DNA of 64,000 nt, taken from positions 1 through 64,000 of the forward strand of contig QPMI01000130.1 in NCBI GenBank assembly GCA_004431415.1, given 5' to 3'. The notes beneath the pieces are model-generated. The model was not told where the DNA came from and made no database searches. It saw nothing but the letters and a program-made list of their open reading frames with translations. Of the stretch, positions 1 through 10,600 are shown in pieces (positions within the stretch are counted from its first letter, which is position 1; each line of letters starts with the position of its first letter). The DNA is from Cyanophora paradoxa CCMP329 (lineage: Eukaryota > Plantae > Glaucophyta). A program made the position numbers and the translations under genes.

Positions 1-2
1 TT

Positions 3-583
3 TTAATGAGCGCCGCCACCAGGTCTCCGGTGCCGATGGTGGCGCGCTCGTGATGAGGTAGTTGGACATGTCGACGACGGGCACGGTCTTGCGCTTGCCC
101 GCCATCGTCTGGGTGCGGATGCGCATGTTGAGGTACTTGTAGAAGGCCTGGCCCGACTCCTTGTCGACCTTGATGCGCACACTGGGGGTCTGCAGCACCG
201 AGATCTGACCTTGGAGAGGGAGCGGCCGGGCGAGACCTTGAGCTTGGCCTGGTTCTGCTGCACGAACTCGCAGAATTTCGCGTCCAGGGCCTCCAGCAGC
301 TTGAGGAACTCGTCCGCGCTGGGTTTCGTCTGGCCGTCGACGGCGCTGAGATCGGTGAGGTCCAGCGTGTAAAATCCGCCGTTTCTTCCATGACGAAGGC
401 CTTCTTCTCGTCGCTCCACGCCTTGCCTTGCTCTGTGTTGATGCACGGGTTGATCGTGACCATGGGCGGCGCGTACATCATGAGGCCCTGCAGGCCGTCG
501 TACTTGGCCTTGATGCGGCGGTGGCGTCGATCTCGAAGGCGAGCTTGGCGGGTCGATCTCGTTGGCGTTGCGGACGTGGCCAT
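3..583 (-). CDS. Probable viral ssDNA-binding protein (OB-fold, NCLDV/T7 gp2.5-like); several frameshifts; probably truncated at window edge
   Basis: Stitching frames from ATG 583 gives ..VRNANEIDP..KLAFEID..RIKAKYDGLQGLMMYAPPMVTINPC..GFYTLDLTD..EFLKLLEALDAKFCEFVQQNQAKL..QTPSVRIKVDKESGQAFYKYLNMRIRT..VPVVDMSN. This resembles the layout of viral SSBs, recognised by eye. Confidence 0.5.
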   Translation of the reverse strand, partial: MATSATPTRSTRQARLRDRRHRRIKAKYDGLQGLMMYAPPMVTINPCINTEQGKAWSDEKKAFVMEETADFTRWTSPISAPSTARRNPARTSSSSCWRPWTRNSASSCSRTRPSSRSRPAAPSPRSDLGAADPQCAHQGRQGVGPGLLQVPQHAHPHPDDGGQAQDRARRRHVQLPHHERATIGTGDLVAALI

Positions 584-693
584 GTTTGCGTTAGCTTAGA
601 GTGTGCTCAGCCTAGCGCTAGAAATATTTAAGGGCGCCCCACCGACTTCAGCTGACCTCGGGTGAGCGCTCAGGTGATTCAGTAAAACACGTT

Positions 694-958
694 TCAATTC
701 ACCATCAGATCCTCTACGACGGCTACACGAATCGAGCTAATCTTGACCTGCCTACAATGCACTTCTCTCTCCACAGTACGATCTCGTTCTTGAGGGGAGC
801 AGTTGAATCCAATCATACTCATCGCCCTTGCGGTGCTCCGACGAAATGTCGCGAAGGAGCTTGCAGAAGTAGAACGTGTTTCGGTCGAACTCATCGTCGT
901 ATATGACGTATGCGAAGATGCGAAGGTGAGACAGCAGGTGAAGTACGTGGGGATGCAC
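694..958 (-). CDS. Small hypothetical viral protein (likely frameshifted near 3' end)
   Basis: ORF 752-958 MHPHVLHLLSHLRIFAYVIYDDEFDRNTFYFCK has protein-like composition and sits in the gene-dense segment. Confidence 0.4.
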
Positions 959-1084
959 ATTCTTGATTTCTCTTGGCTTTGAAGTGTGAGGAGAGGGCGC
1001 GGCGGGGCTGCGGTTTTGAGGCCGTTCAGGTGAGGGTCAGGTGAGCGCTCAGCTGAGTTTCAGGTGAGGGCAACTTGAAAATTC

Positions 1085-1137
1085 GGCGTCATTTACGTCC
1101 GCGTCATTTACGTCAGCGTCATTTACGTCACGGAGTG
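1085..1137 (+). repeat. 3 tandem copies of the 15-bp unit GCGTCATTTACGTC(A/C)
   Basis: Directly visible. The same unit recurs at ~1953-1985 and inverted at ~2283-2316 and ~2493-2525. Confidence 0.9.
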
Positions 1138-1218
1138 GGACTCGCCCTGGCCCCCGGCCCAGGCTCGCCCGTAAAAAGGACTTGGACTTGGCGCCATTTT
1201 CTAAAGCTCTGCTGTACC

Positions 1219-1602
1219 ATGGAGCCCGCTATCTCCCAGCTAGTCTCTCAGGGCGCCAAGCTCGACAAGGCCCTGAACATCTACCTTCAGCTGATCGAGC
1301 TGGCCTGGCCCGAGCCAATGATAGCTCAGGCCTGCAAATCGCTCCACGTGGCGTTCGATGCGCCGTTCTCAGGTGACCCGGATCAGGTGACATCCTGGAC
1401 CAAGGAGGAGATAAAGGCCGACTTCGAGGCGCTTTTCTCATTTATGAGCAAGAAGTATGCCGAAATCGAAGCAGCTAAGGCCTCAGCAGCCGAAGGCGGT
1501 GAAGCCCCAGCCGAAGGCCCTGCCGGCGACCAAGGCACCGAAGTTCAAGGCGCTGGGCCCCTTGCAGAGGGCGAAGGCCAAGGCGGACCTGCGACCGCGT
1601 AG
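1219..1602 (+). CDS. Hypothetical viral protein (may continue via frameshift to ~1873)
   Basis: ATG 1219 (MEPAISQLVSQGAKLDKALNIYLQLIELAWPEP...) is preceded by TTTTCTAAAG at 1197. Confidence 0.55.
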   Translation: MEPAISQLVSQGAKLDKALNIYLQLIELAWPEPMIAQACKSLHVAFDAPFSGDPDQVTSWTKEEIKADFEALFSFMSKKYAEIEAAKASAAEGGEAPAEGPAGDQGTEVQGAGPLAEGEGQGGPATA

Positions 1603-1864
1603 GCCCAAGGACATAGCCAAGGAGGCAAGCGGCCACAGGCCGGACTGGCCGGCGCCGGCGCCCTACCGCTACCTCAAGCTGGACAAGAGCAACGATACCG
1701 GCTTCACCAGGAGGAGGTGGCCTGAGCCCCTCAGGTGGCTGGAGCAAGGGAGATCAAGTCCGGAGGCGTATCGAGCTAGCGCTAGCGCTGGGCGGCGGCG
1801 GCGGTGCAGACTTGGAGGAGCAGGCCCTGCTAGATACCATCAACTTGGGCAAGGTAGAGGCTGT

Positions 1865-2530
1865 GATATCTAGCTAGCTAGCGCTTGCTTAATTAACTCA
1901 ACTGAAGTTACCTGACATTTACCTGAAGGGTTGCGGAGGTTACCGAAGGGTCGCGTCATTTACGTCAGCGTCATTTACGTCACGGAGTTTGCCGGCGACT
2001 CGGGACTCGGGCCCAACTTCTCCCGTAAGTTCGAGACTTGGAAAAATAGGGTATCCCTATTACTTATCGTTATTATTATTACTATTATCGTTATTCACAT
2101 TGAATGAATGCTTAAATCTATAAAAGCTGTACCAGTATCGGTGGCTACTAGTACTAAGCTAGTAGTACTAAGTAGTACCAAGTAGTACTAAGTAGTACTA
2201 CGTAGTACTAGCGGTACTAGTAGCTACTGGTCGTGACGAACTTACCGGGAGAAGTTGGGCCGAGTCCGAGTCGCCGGCAACTCCGTGACGTAAATGACGC
2301 TGACGTAAATGACGCGACCCTTCAGGTTAATTAATTAAGCAAGCGCTAGCGCTAGCTAGCTAGATATCGATACCACCTAGCTAGTAGCACTAGGACACTA
2401 GGACACTAGGACACCGGGGGTACCCCCGCCGAGTTCAAGTCTCGAACTTACCGGGAGAAGTTGGGCCCGAGTCCCGAGTCGCCGGCAAACTCCGTGACGT
2501 AAATGACGCGGACGTAAATGACGCAAATCC
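1865..2530. repeat. Large imperfect inverted repeat (~1865-2033 vs ~2237-2368) around an AT-rich spacer, plus a further inverted arm copy at ~2436-2525
   Basis: Arm GGGTCGCGTCATTTACGTCAGCGTCATTTACGTCACGGAGTTTGCCGGCGACTCGG..CCCAACTTCTCCC..TAAGTTCG and its reverse complement. The spacer has TTA runs and ~10-bp TAGTACTAAG tandem units. Confidence 0.9.
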
Positions 2531-2592
2531 CATTGGAGCTACGTTCGCACACTCCGGACGCCTCCCACAATTTTCCAAGGTACCCAGCAAGC

Positions 2593-2880
2593 ATGGACTT
2601 CACCGATTGCGCAGGTATCAAGCAGGAGCCTGAGGACCTTCTCACCGCCGCCGCCTCGGCGCCCAAGCAGCGCCGCCGCCGCGGGCCCAAGTCCCTCTGC
2701 TCCGAGCCCGAGATCCTGGCGGCTCCGGCGCGCGGGCCGGAGACCGTGGACCTGACCCTGGAGGAGCCGGCGCGCGGCCCGCCGCGCCTTCTGATCCTTG
2801 CGGCGGCGGCGGCCGCGCTCTACTACGCCGCCCGGCGCCTGGCCCGCAGCTCTCGGGCCTGGTCCGGAACCTTTTCTAAG
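2593..2880 (+). CDS. Small hypothetical protein with C-terminal hydrophobic segment (true stop uncertain, likely frameshift)
   Basis: MDFTDCAGIKQEPEDLL...LLILAAAAAALYYAARR, preceded by AATTTTCCAAG. Confidence 0.45.
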
Positions 2881-2890
2881 TCCCTCCTCA

Positions 2891-3232
2891 ATGGAGGCCC
2901 TGCTAGATCTCATGGCCTTTGCGCTGCCCATCTTCTTCCTGGTGGGCCTCAGCCGCATGGAGCGCGAGGCGCGCCAGCCCGAGCGCGTCGAGCGCGGCCT
3001 CACCCCCGCAGAGCAGCGCAACCTCACCGAGTGGGACCTGGCGCTCATGGCCGGCCGCATGCTCGACGGCAACCGGCTCGAGCCGGGCCACCGCCTCAAG
3101 CTAGAGGACGGCGGCACGGCCCTCTGGGACGGCGAGGCCTGGAAGCACGATTCGACGGGCGAGCCGATGAAGCTGCTCGCCTCCGGCAACAAGTACTGGC
3201 GCGGCGACTCGATGGAGTTCCGGCGCCCGTGA
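2891..3232 (+). CDS. Hypothetical viral protein with N-terminal TM/signal anchor (113 aa)
   Basis: MEALLDLMAFALPIFFLVGLSR...; upstream TTTTCTAAG; clean ORF. Confidence 0.65.
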   Translation: MEALLDLMAFALPIFFLVGLSRMEREARQPERVERGLTPAEQRNLTEWDLALMAGRMLDGNRLEPGHRLKLEDGGTALWDGEAWKHDSTGEPMKLLASGNKYWRGDSMEFRRP

Positions 3233-3280
3233 TTGCTAGTGATTTTCTGGTCCCTCTTCTAACCCTTCTACCAGCAAAGA

Positions 3281-3565
3281 ATGCCCGACCCCTCGCCCGA
3301 CCCCGCCGCAGGTGCCGAGAGCGCGGGCAGCTCGGACGAGTACTCCGAGCTCACGGATCCCGACCCCGACGAGCCCGGCGACGCCTTCGCGACGGAGAAC
3401 GAGCGCTCCCTCATGCGCGTCTACGAGGCGCTGCGCGAGGCGATCTACTGGGAGGATCCCCGCCTGGGAACCCTGATGAACTTTGCAAAGTTCGCCGAGT
3501 TCATGTTCGCTATGACCGTGCCCTTCACCCGAGTCGTGCTCTGGGATAGGAACAGGAACTGGTAA
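3281..3565 (+). CDS. Small acidic hypothetical viral protein (94 aa)
   Basis: Acidic N-terminus followed by ENERSLMRVYEALREAIYWEDPRLGTLMNFAKFAEFMF, reminiscent of small conserved algal-virus proteins (by eye only). Confidence 0.65.
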   Translation: MPDPSPDPAAGAESAGSSDEYSELTDPDPDEPGDAFATENERSLMRVYEALREAIYWEDPRLGTLMNFAKFAEFMFAMTVPFTRVVLWDRNRNW

Positions 3566-3592
3566 AGGCATTGAATACAACAGTACAGAGCC

Positions 3593-3967
3593 CTACGAGC
3601 TAGAGCTGCTATCGCCCGAGTCCAGGCGCGCCTTCTTGGCCTTGGAGCGGCGGAGGCGGGAGACGTACTGCAGGCGCAGGTTGCGCACTAGGAGCTCGCC
3701 GGCCGTGGTGCCCGGCAGCCCGGGAACCGAGTCCGTGGGCAGCAGCTGTCCCTCGCGTATCGCCTTGTACGTCTTGCGCTTGTTGAATGCAACCTTCTCC
3801 GTATCCTCCGCGACCGGGACTTCCAGCGCCAGCGTGCGCTTGGCCTTCTTGACGGAGACTGCGTTCGCACGCTCCAGCTTCACTCCGGGCTCCAGGGGGG
3901 TAGGGGCGACTGCGTTCGCCACCGGGTTCTCAGCGAAGGAAACACGGGGGGAAGAGCCGCCGCGCAT
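3593..3967 (-). CDS. Basic hypothetical viral protein (124 aa)
   Basis: Clean K/R-rich ORF with upstream TATTTTCTAAAG on the minus strand. Confidence 0.6.
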   Translation of the reverse strand: MRGGSSPRVSFAENPVANAVAPTPLEPGVKLERANAVSVKKAKRTLALEVPVAEDTEKVAFNKRKTYKAIREGQLLPTDSVPGLPGTTAGELLVRNLRLQYVSRLRRSKAKKARLDSGDSSSSS

Positions 3968-3979
3968 GGTTCGCTCGCT

Positions 3980-4381
3980 TTACCTAGCCTTTAGAAAATA
4001 GTCGAGCTGGGCGCTCTGCAGGCGCGCGCCCTGGTAGGCGCCGCGCAGCTGCCACGCGAGCCAGATCGCAAGGAGCACCGCGGCGACGCCGGCGGCGATC
4101 TTGGCGTAGTGCCAGCCCTTCATCGCAAGCTCCGGCACGGCCGCAACCGCCTGCCCGACCTTCACGCCCGCGGCGCCCGTCCGATCGATTCCCGTCAGCG
4201 TGCTGCCGAGTGCGCCCGCGGCCACGTCGGCCCAGGGAAGCTTGCCGTCGTTCTTTAGGATGAGCTCGTTGTTCTTGCGCTCGATCGTCGTGCTGATCGC
4301 CGCGGCCAGGTTGAAGCTCGGCGGCGGCTGCGCGCTCTTCGGTCCGAAGACCTTGGTCAGCACGGCGTCCACCCAGCCCAT
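3980..4381 (-). CDS. Hypothetical membrane protein (133 aa, MG start, C-terminal TM)
   Basis: MGWVDAVLTKVFGPK...IAAGVAAVLLAIWLAWQLR; upstream TTTTTCGAAG. Confidence 0.65.
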   Translation of the reverse strand: MGWVDAVLTKVFGPKSAQPPPSFNLAAAISTTIERKNNELILKNDGKLPWADVAAGALGSTLTGIDRTGAAGVKVGQAVAAVPELAMKGWHYAKIAAGVAAVLLAIWLAWQLRGAYQGARLQSAQLDYFLKAR

Positions 4382-4407
4382 CTTTGACCTAGACTTCGAA
4401 AAACTAT

Positions 4408-4886
4408 CTAAATGACCAGGCCGCGCAGGTACCAGACCATCAGGAGCGAGCCGCCCAGCGCCACCAGCAGCGGCAGGTGCCCGTCCACGGCGCGCCGCAT
4501 GCGGTTGTCGCACAGCTCCTGGCAGCTCAGCCGGTTGGCCTCGTCGAAGTAGGCGCTCACGGCGTAGGGGCGGTCGGCCGGCGGGTGCAGCCCCCGGCCC
4601 AGGCACGGGTAGGCCTCCGCCTGGCGCCGCGCGGCCAGCGCCGCCGTCGCCGCGTGCGCCGCCTCCCTCTGCCCCGGCGCGATCGCCACGAGGGGCAGCG
4701 CCCCCACGCTCCTGCCCTTGCCCGCCCCCTTGATCGTTTTCAGCGACGGCGGCGCGGGATCCGCCGCCTTCACCCTGGCCCCTCCGCCGCCGCCCCGCCC
4801 TTAGCCCTCGCCGCCTCGCCGATCTTGCTGCATCGCGAATCCGATTTGAACACGGTGCACAGCAGCTTCTCTACCGCGCTCGACAT
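4408..4886 (-). CDS. Hypothetical Cys-containing protein with C-terminal TM (one frameshift)
   Basis: MSSAVEKLLCTVFKSDSRC... joins ORF 4408-4773 ending SCQELCDNRMRRAVDGHLPLLVALGGSLLMVWYLRGLVI. The 479-nt span implies a 1-nt indel. Confidence 0.55.
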
Positions 4887-4981
4887 CTTCGAACGTGTAA
4901 CGAGAATGAAGAAAATTTAAAAGGGAACGCCAACGGACTCGGAACTCGGAAAAGGGGGAGGGGAGAATGAACTTTGAAAAG

Positions 4982-5170
4982 TTAGCGCCCGGCGGGGCGC
5001 ATGCCGGCCGCCGCCTGCGAGGCGCCGCCGGGGGCGTAGAGGGACTTGGCGGCGTAGCCGAAGCCCACGCCTATGACCGCCGAGGCCGTGGGGGTGCCGC
5101 CGAGGAGCCAGGTGAGGGTCGCGGCCAGCGCTCCTAGCGAGTAGTGGGCAGGATAAGCTTCGAAGGCCAT
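4982..5170 (-). CDS. Small hydrophobic membrane protein (62 aa)
   Basis: MAFEAYPAHYSLGALAATLTWLLGGTPTASAVIGVGFGYAAKSLY; upstream TTTTTTCTCAA. Confidence 0.6.
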   Translation of the reverse strand: MAFEAYPAHYSLGALAATLTWLLGGTPTASAVIGVGFGYAAKSLYAPGGASQAAAGMRPAGR

Positions 5171-5219
5171 CGCGGGACCGAATTGAGGGAGGGTTGAGAA
5201 AAAATACCGCCTCGGGGCC

Positions 5220-6480
5220 TCAGTGGTGCAGGTGCCGGAAGCGCGCGTTGTCCTCGGCCTCCTCGCGCGCCGCCTGCTCCTCCGCCGCGTCGATCTCCGC
5301 CCGCGAGGCCTCCCGCGCCGCGGCCGACGCGTAGTCCTTGAGCACGGGCACGCGCCGGTAGCTGTAGCCGAGGCCCTTCGCCAGCCCGCCGACTCCGCCT
5401 CGAACGCCCGCCAGCGCTCCGAGGCCTCCGCCCCGGCGATCTGGCCGGCGCGGAAGCCGGAGTCCAGCTCGGCGCGGAAGGCGATGGTGGCCTGCAGGCG
5501 CTGGGCCCAGAGGGCCTGGCGCCGCTCCTCCGCCTCGCGCGCCTGGCGCGCCGCCAGCGCCCGCCGCTCGGCCTCCTGCTGGGCCCCGAAGCCCTGGATC
5601 GCGGTGAGGACGGCGCCGGGCCGGGGAGGGGCTGGGGCCGTCGGCGCTCGCGGAGGAGGCCGAGCTCCCGTAGCCGCTCGGGCCCGCGCCGCCGTTCGTC
5701 GGGTACCCTGCCCTTGGATCAGGAGGGGGGCGGGGGAGGGGGGTACGGGAGGGAAGGCGGGGGTACGCGGGCCGGACCTGGCGCGGCAGCATCTCGTCGA
5801 TGCGCTGCTGGCCGGGCGCTGCTGGGGGGCCGTGGCGGGGGGCTGGGCGGGAGGAAGGCCGGCGCCGAGTTGCGGGTGCGCTTGCCCTTGCCCTTGGTGT
5901 GGGGCTTGACGAGGAAGGGCCCGACGTCGGGCGCCGGGTCCTTGAACTGGGCGACGGGGATCGCGATCGCCTCCAGCGCCGGCTGGCTCTCGCCGAGGGA
6001 GAGCGGGGCCTTGGGACGATGCCGCGGATGTAGGTCTGCCAGACGCCGCCGAGCTTGTAGGAGTAGGGCGGCACCAGGAGCCGAAGCCGGCGAGGGTCTC
6101 GTCCAGCCGGCCGTTCTCGATGTCGGCGCCGACGGCGGCGGAGGTGTCGGGGCCCTCCGTGCGCGCGATGTACTCGACGATGCCCGCGACGCTCGTCATG
6201 TAGCCCTCCGTGTTCGGGGCGGCGACGTAGGTGGTGGGGTCGACGGCGCAGTGGGCGATGATGAAGCGGGTGAGGGGACAGGAGGCCGTCTCCTGCCAGA
6301 AGCCGAGGCGCTTCTCCCGCAGCCACACCGGCTCGAAGGCCTGGATGCAGGAGGCCTGGCGGCCACCTGCGGCGCGGGCGACGTTAGCGCGTACGACGTC
6401 GGGACGGGCGGGGAAGGTGCGCGGCTTCGAATCCAGCGGCTCCCCGCGAAGCTGCCTGCGGCCCAGTGAGCGTGCTGCGA
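5220..6480 (-). CDS. Hypothetical viral protein with C-terminal coiled coil; multiple frameshifts; start uncertain
   Basis: Protein-like segments alternate between minus frames: WLREKRLGFWQETASCPLTRFIIAHCAVDP.., YSYKLGGVWQTYIRG.., AQQEAERRALAARQAREAEERRQ.., ARFRHLHH*. Confidence 0.5.
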
Positions 6481-7510
6481 GCGGGAGGTGGGAGGGATTG
6501 GGCGGGCGGGCCTGCGTCCAGCGCTGAAACGTAGCTCCACTGATGCTATCCGCGATGCGCGTAGCCCGCGACTGGCCGCGGACAAGGGAGGGCTTAGCTA
6601 GGACAAGAACGGGTGTGGGGCGCGGGGCTGGAGGCGCGGGGAGGCGAGCCGGAGCCGCCGAATCGATGCGCGGGCTTGAGAACGAGATCTAGAAGCGTGC
6701 GCAAGTCGCCGCGAACGTCGGCTCGAGTTGCGGAAGGCGCGGCGGCCAATCTCGGCACCTGCTCAGAGACCAAATGTCAGCGGACGCGGGCGAATCGAGC
6801 GCGAGGTTGCGGGGCATGTTCTAGGTGCTAAATGCAAGGGATAGAGCGGCAAGAGAGCGAGCTGGCACCTGCGGGATGCGGCGGAGTGCTCCGGCTCGGG
6901 CGCCATCGAGCTTTCGAAGGTCCGCGGCCGGCGCGAGCGACCCTGCGCGTGGCGGCGTGAGTGCGGCGTCGAGAGAGCTTTCCAGCGCCCAAAATCTGAG
7001 GTCCGGAGCTAGCCGTGGTGCGGAGAAAGAGGTTGCGAAGTGAGGCGCACCTCCGAATCGAAAGGAGCGAGGCGGCGGCTCTCCGGGCTGAGCGGAATGC
7101 AAGCTAGTGCCTCTGGCAAGTGCTGCAAGGAGCGCTGGGCCCGGGCGCTGCGAGATGCGCTGCCCGGGCGCTTTTTTTCGGGTTGGGTACTGTGTTTTGA
7201 GTCGAAACACGTGGAGCAACCGCGTGAGCCCAAAACTTTCTGAGCTTAGGAGCAAAGGCGGTCGAGCGCTCGGCCGCGCAAGCTAGCTCCGGCGCGCTCT
7301 GCCTTCTCTCTACACGTGTCGCATTCACGTGCGCTCAAAACTTTCTAAGCTTCGGTCAAGCAAGGGGCTAGCGCTTCCGAAGTTCTACGCGCGCGCCTCC
7401 CCGTCCGCCGGGCCGACGGTCTGCGCGTCACATCGTCCGCTGCGCCAAGAAGGAGAGATCAAGACGGTGTCAACCGGGTCTAGTTGAGCGCTTAAGGTCG
7501 GACCAAAGCC

Positions 7511-7560
7511 TGTCCCGACCCTCCCAGATCTTTAAATTAATATCTCAGAAGGTCGAGACA
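7511..7560 (+). repeat. 50-bp imperfect palindrome (copy 1), upstream of helicase
   Basis: TGTCCCGACCCTCCCAGATCTTTAAATTAATATCTCAGAAGGTCGAGACA. Confidence 0.95.
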
Positions 7561-7650
7561 GCAGTCCAGACGTCGACTATAGCTAGCCAACAGACGTTGA
7601 CTAGCCTAGTAGATCTAGAATTTTCCAAGCCTAGCTATAGAGAGACGACC

Positions 7651-10600
7651 ATGGCAACCGGACGCGTGTCTCTCGACGTCGACGCCTTCCTGGCCCGTAT
7701 GCCCGGGCCCGGGTACAGCAGATAGATCTGAGCGAGCAGGAGTGCAGCTTTTTCGTTCGATTCCCTCTCGTCGAAGTCCAGAAGGCCTGCAGCCCGACCC
7801 TGGGGACGGCTTTCTGCGTCTTCCACCCGCCCTGCATCACCCCAGCCACTTCTCGGGTGCCGAGGATGAGACGAGCACCGCGGCAGCCTGCGCCTTTGCA
7901 ACCAAGTTCGGAGGCTTCACTTTCTCTCGCCCCTTGGATAATGGATTCAAGGCTGCCTACGTCCTACAGAGCCCGGAGGCTTGCGATCTCATGGCATGGT
8001 TCTTTGGGAGCTCGAGCGGCCTGGAGCTCGGTGTGGATGGCACGGGGGCTACGTTCTGCGGGGGCCGGCGCCCGGGCCGCGAGCGGAGCTCCTCCCCACT
8101 CCATCCAGAAGCTCGGCGCCCCGCGCTAAGCCCATCCCGGAGCCGGGCGCTCTCCTGGATTCGAGCCCAAGCCTGCCGGCCTTGGAGCGGCTCCTGGACC
8201 GCCTACGCAAGAACAAGGCGGTGAGGGACGAGATCTGGAAGGCGGGGCAGAGCTGCGCGCGGACCTTGGCCTGCACGACGCCCGCCGCGTTCAGCACCTT
8301 GGAGTCGAGCCCGACGGGTCCATCACCCTCGTCCTGGGCGGGAGTCAGCCGGGGGCGCCGGCGGCTCGAATCTCCATCCAGGCGCACGGTATTGAAGTCG
8401 AGCTCGAGGGGAGGGACCGGAGGGAGTCGGGCAGCGTGGCACAGACCCGCTATGTGACCGATCCCTCGCAGCCTGTCGCCTTCGACATTGCCCTCCCTCC
8501 CTCCTGATCGCGCTCGAGTCGACGGGCCTGGAGGCTTGCGTCAATGCAGTGGATGAACGCCACCTCTCGTGCAAGATCCTTACCTCCGCATTCGGGGCGC
8601 TGGAGCAGAACCCGAGATCCGCTCAGCCGCAGGTCGACGTCATCTGCTCGGGACTCAACACGGGGAAGACGCAGGCGCTGATCGATGCGTACCTGGACCC
8701 GGCCCTCGCAGGCGGCTGGCGAGTGATCCTCGTGACTTGCCGCCGGGCCTTCTCCCGCGACCTCAAGCGTCGCATTGATGCTGCGGAGTTGTCAAAGGAC
8801 GCCGTGCTTTACATGGACATCAAGAAGCCACCGGAGAGCTCAAAGGGATCGCATGGCAAGTGGGGCTTCCGCCATGAGGAGTGCAGGTGCGTCGTCATCA
8901 CATGGGACTCGCTGCACAAGGTGCTCGAGGACTGGGAGGGCTGGTCGACGGCGCCGCTACTGGTCGTGCTGGACGAGCTCTCCTCCCTCACGAAGCACCT
9001 CACCTCGAGCGGCACCCTCGAGCCCACCGGCCTGCACCTAGGTATGCGGTCAGTGCCTCGAAACGCGCGCTGCGTGGGCCTATGGCGCGGCGTGATGAAG
9101 CATCGCGCATCGTGGCGATGGACGGCTTCGTTCGGTCGGTCGATCTCGCGTACCTGGCAGAGTCGGCGCAGGAGGTCGGGGCGCGCCTGGGGCTCCTGTA
9201 CAACTCGCATCGCACCTGCGACTGGAAGATGCGCGTGTCAGACAGCCCGGCGCACGTCGAGGCGGACATCATGGTGCAGTGCCGACCTGGGCGCTCGCGG
9301 GCCATGATCATCGCGGAGACGCCGGCCAAGGCGATCGAGCTGCAGGAGAAGATTGCGAAGCAGGCGCTGGAGCAGCTCAGCCTGGGCGGCGCTCAGTACG
9401 TGACTCAGCTCGAGGCAGGGCCCGAGGACGGCAGCGGCGCACCGTTCACGATCGGGCTCATCGTTGGGCAGGCCAAGGAGAAGAGCGTGCGCTTCACGAA
9501 CGAGGGCCCAGTGCGCATCGTGTCGATCGATGTGTCTGAGGAGGGCGCGTACAAGGCCTGCGACGTGCTCATCGCAACTTCCGCGCTCGGGGCAGGCGTG
9601 GACTTTTCGGACGCGCACTTTGACAAGGTCTACGGCGTGTTCCAGGCGGAGCCCGCGCAGCTGGAGGCGGACGACATCGTGCAGCTGCTGTTTCGAGTCA
9701 GAAGGCTGCGCAAACGCAGCACGCCCGACGGGGAGCACCTGCTCGTCGCCGTGCGCAAGAACCGGACGCCCTCGGTTGCGGTCGGCGCGGCGGCTGCGCA
9801 CTGGCGTGAGAGCGACGACGACGAGAGCTCGGACGACATGCAGCGCTACCTGGACCTGAAGGCTAGCCACCGCGGGAGCCGCCGCGCCGGCATGCCCACT
9901 CGGCGCCTCGCAGTGGCAGCGCGCCTGCGGCTGATGTCGACCTGCGCGCTGATGAACGTGCAAGTCACGGAGGATCAAAACCCGAGCGGACCGAAGCAGG
10001 AGAAGGAGCAGCGGCTGCGCGAGATCAGGAGCGTGCTGGAGGCGGGCGCGCTGGAGCCCGTCGATCTGTGGAGCACGGTGCTGGCCTGGAGGCAGTCCCG
10101 CGAGTCTCTCGCTAAGCTGGACATCGAGAAGGTTGCTTCGCTTGCTCGCACGTCGATCGCCGCGTTCCTGGCCAAGGATCCGAGCGAGCTGACCGAAGGA
10201 GACGTCGCCTGGATGTGGGATTCGTTCTACTCCATCCCGCTCACTGCCGTGGTCACGCTGGTGCTGAAGCATGGCGCGGACGTTGCCGAGATCGTGCCTA
10301 CTGCTGAGCGCCTCAAGGTATCGAAGGTCGTCGCGCTGTTCAAGAAACTCTTCGGCTGGCGGGGGTATGGAAAGCTCGCGGGGCGTGCTCTGTGGTCGGA
10401 CGAAGCCTACGCGGCCCTGGCGTCGCCGGAGGGTCGGGAGGCGTACGCGGCTCTGCAGAGTCTGGACGAGCGCGCGCCCCGCTTCGATGCAGCGGACGGT
10501 GAGAAGAAGCGGCTCTCGCAGCAGTCTTGGCAAGTCATCAAGTACCTGCTGGAGAAGTACCTCGGAGTGAGACGCGCTTTCTCCGACGCGGACGGAGGGC

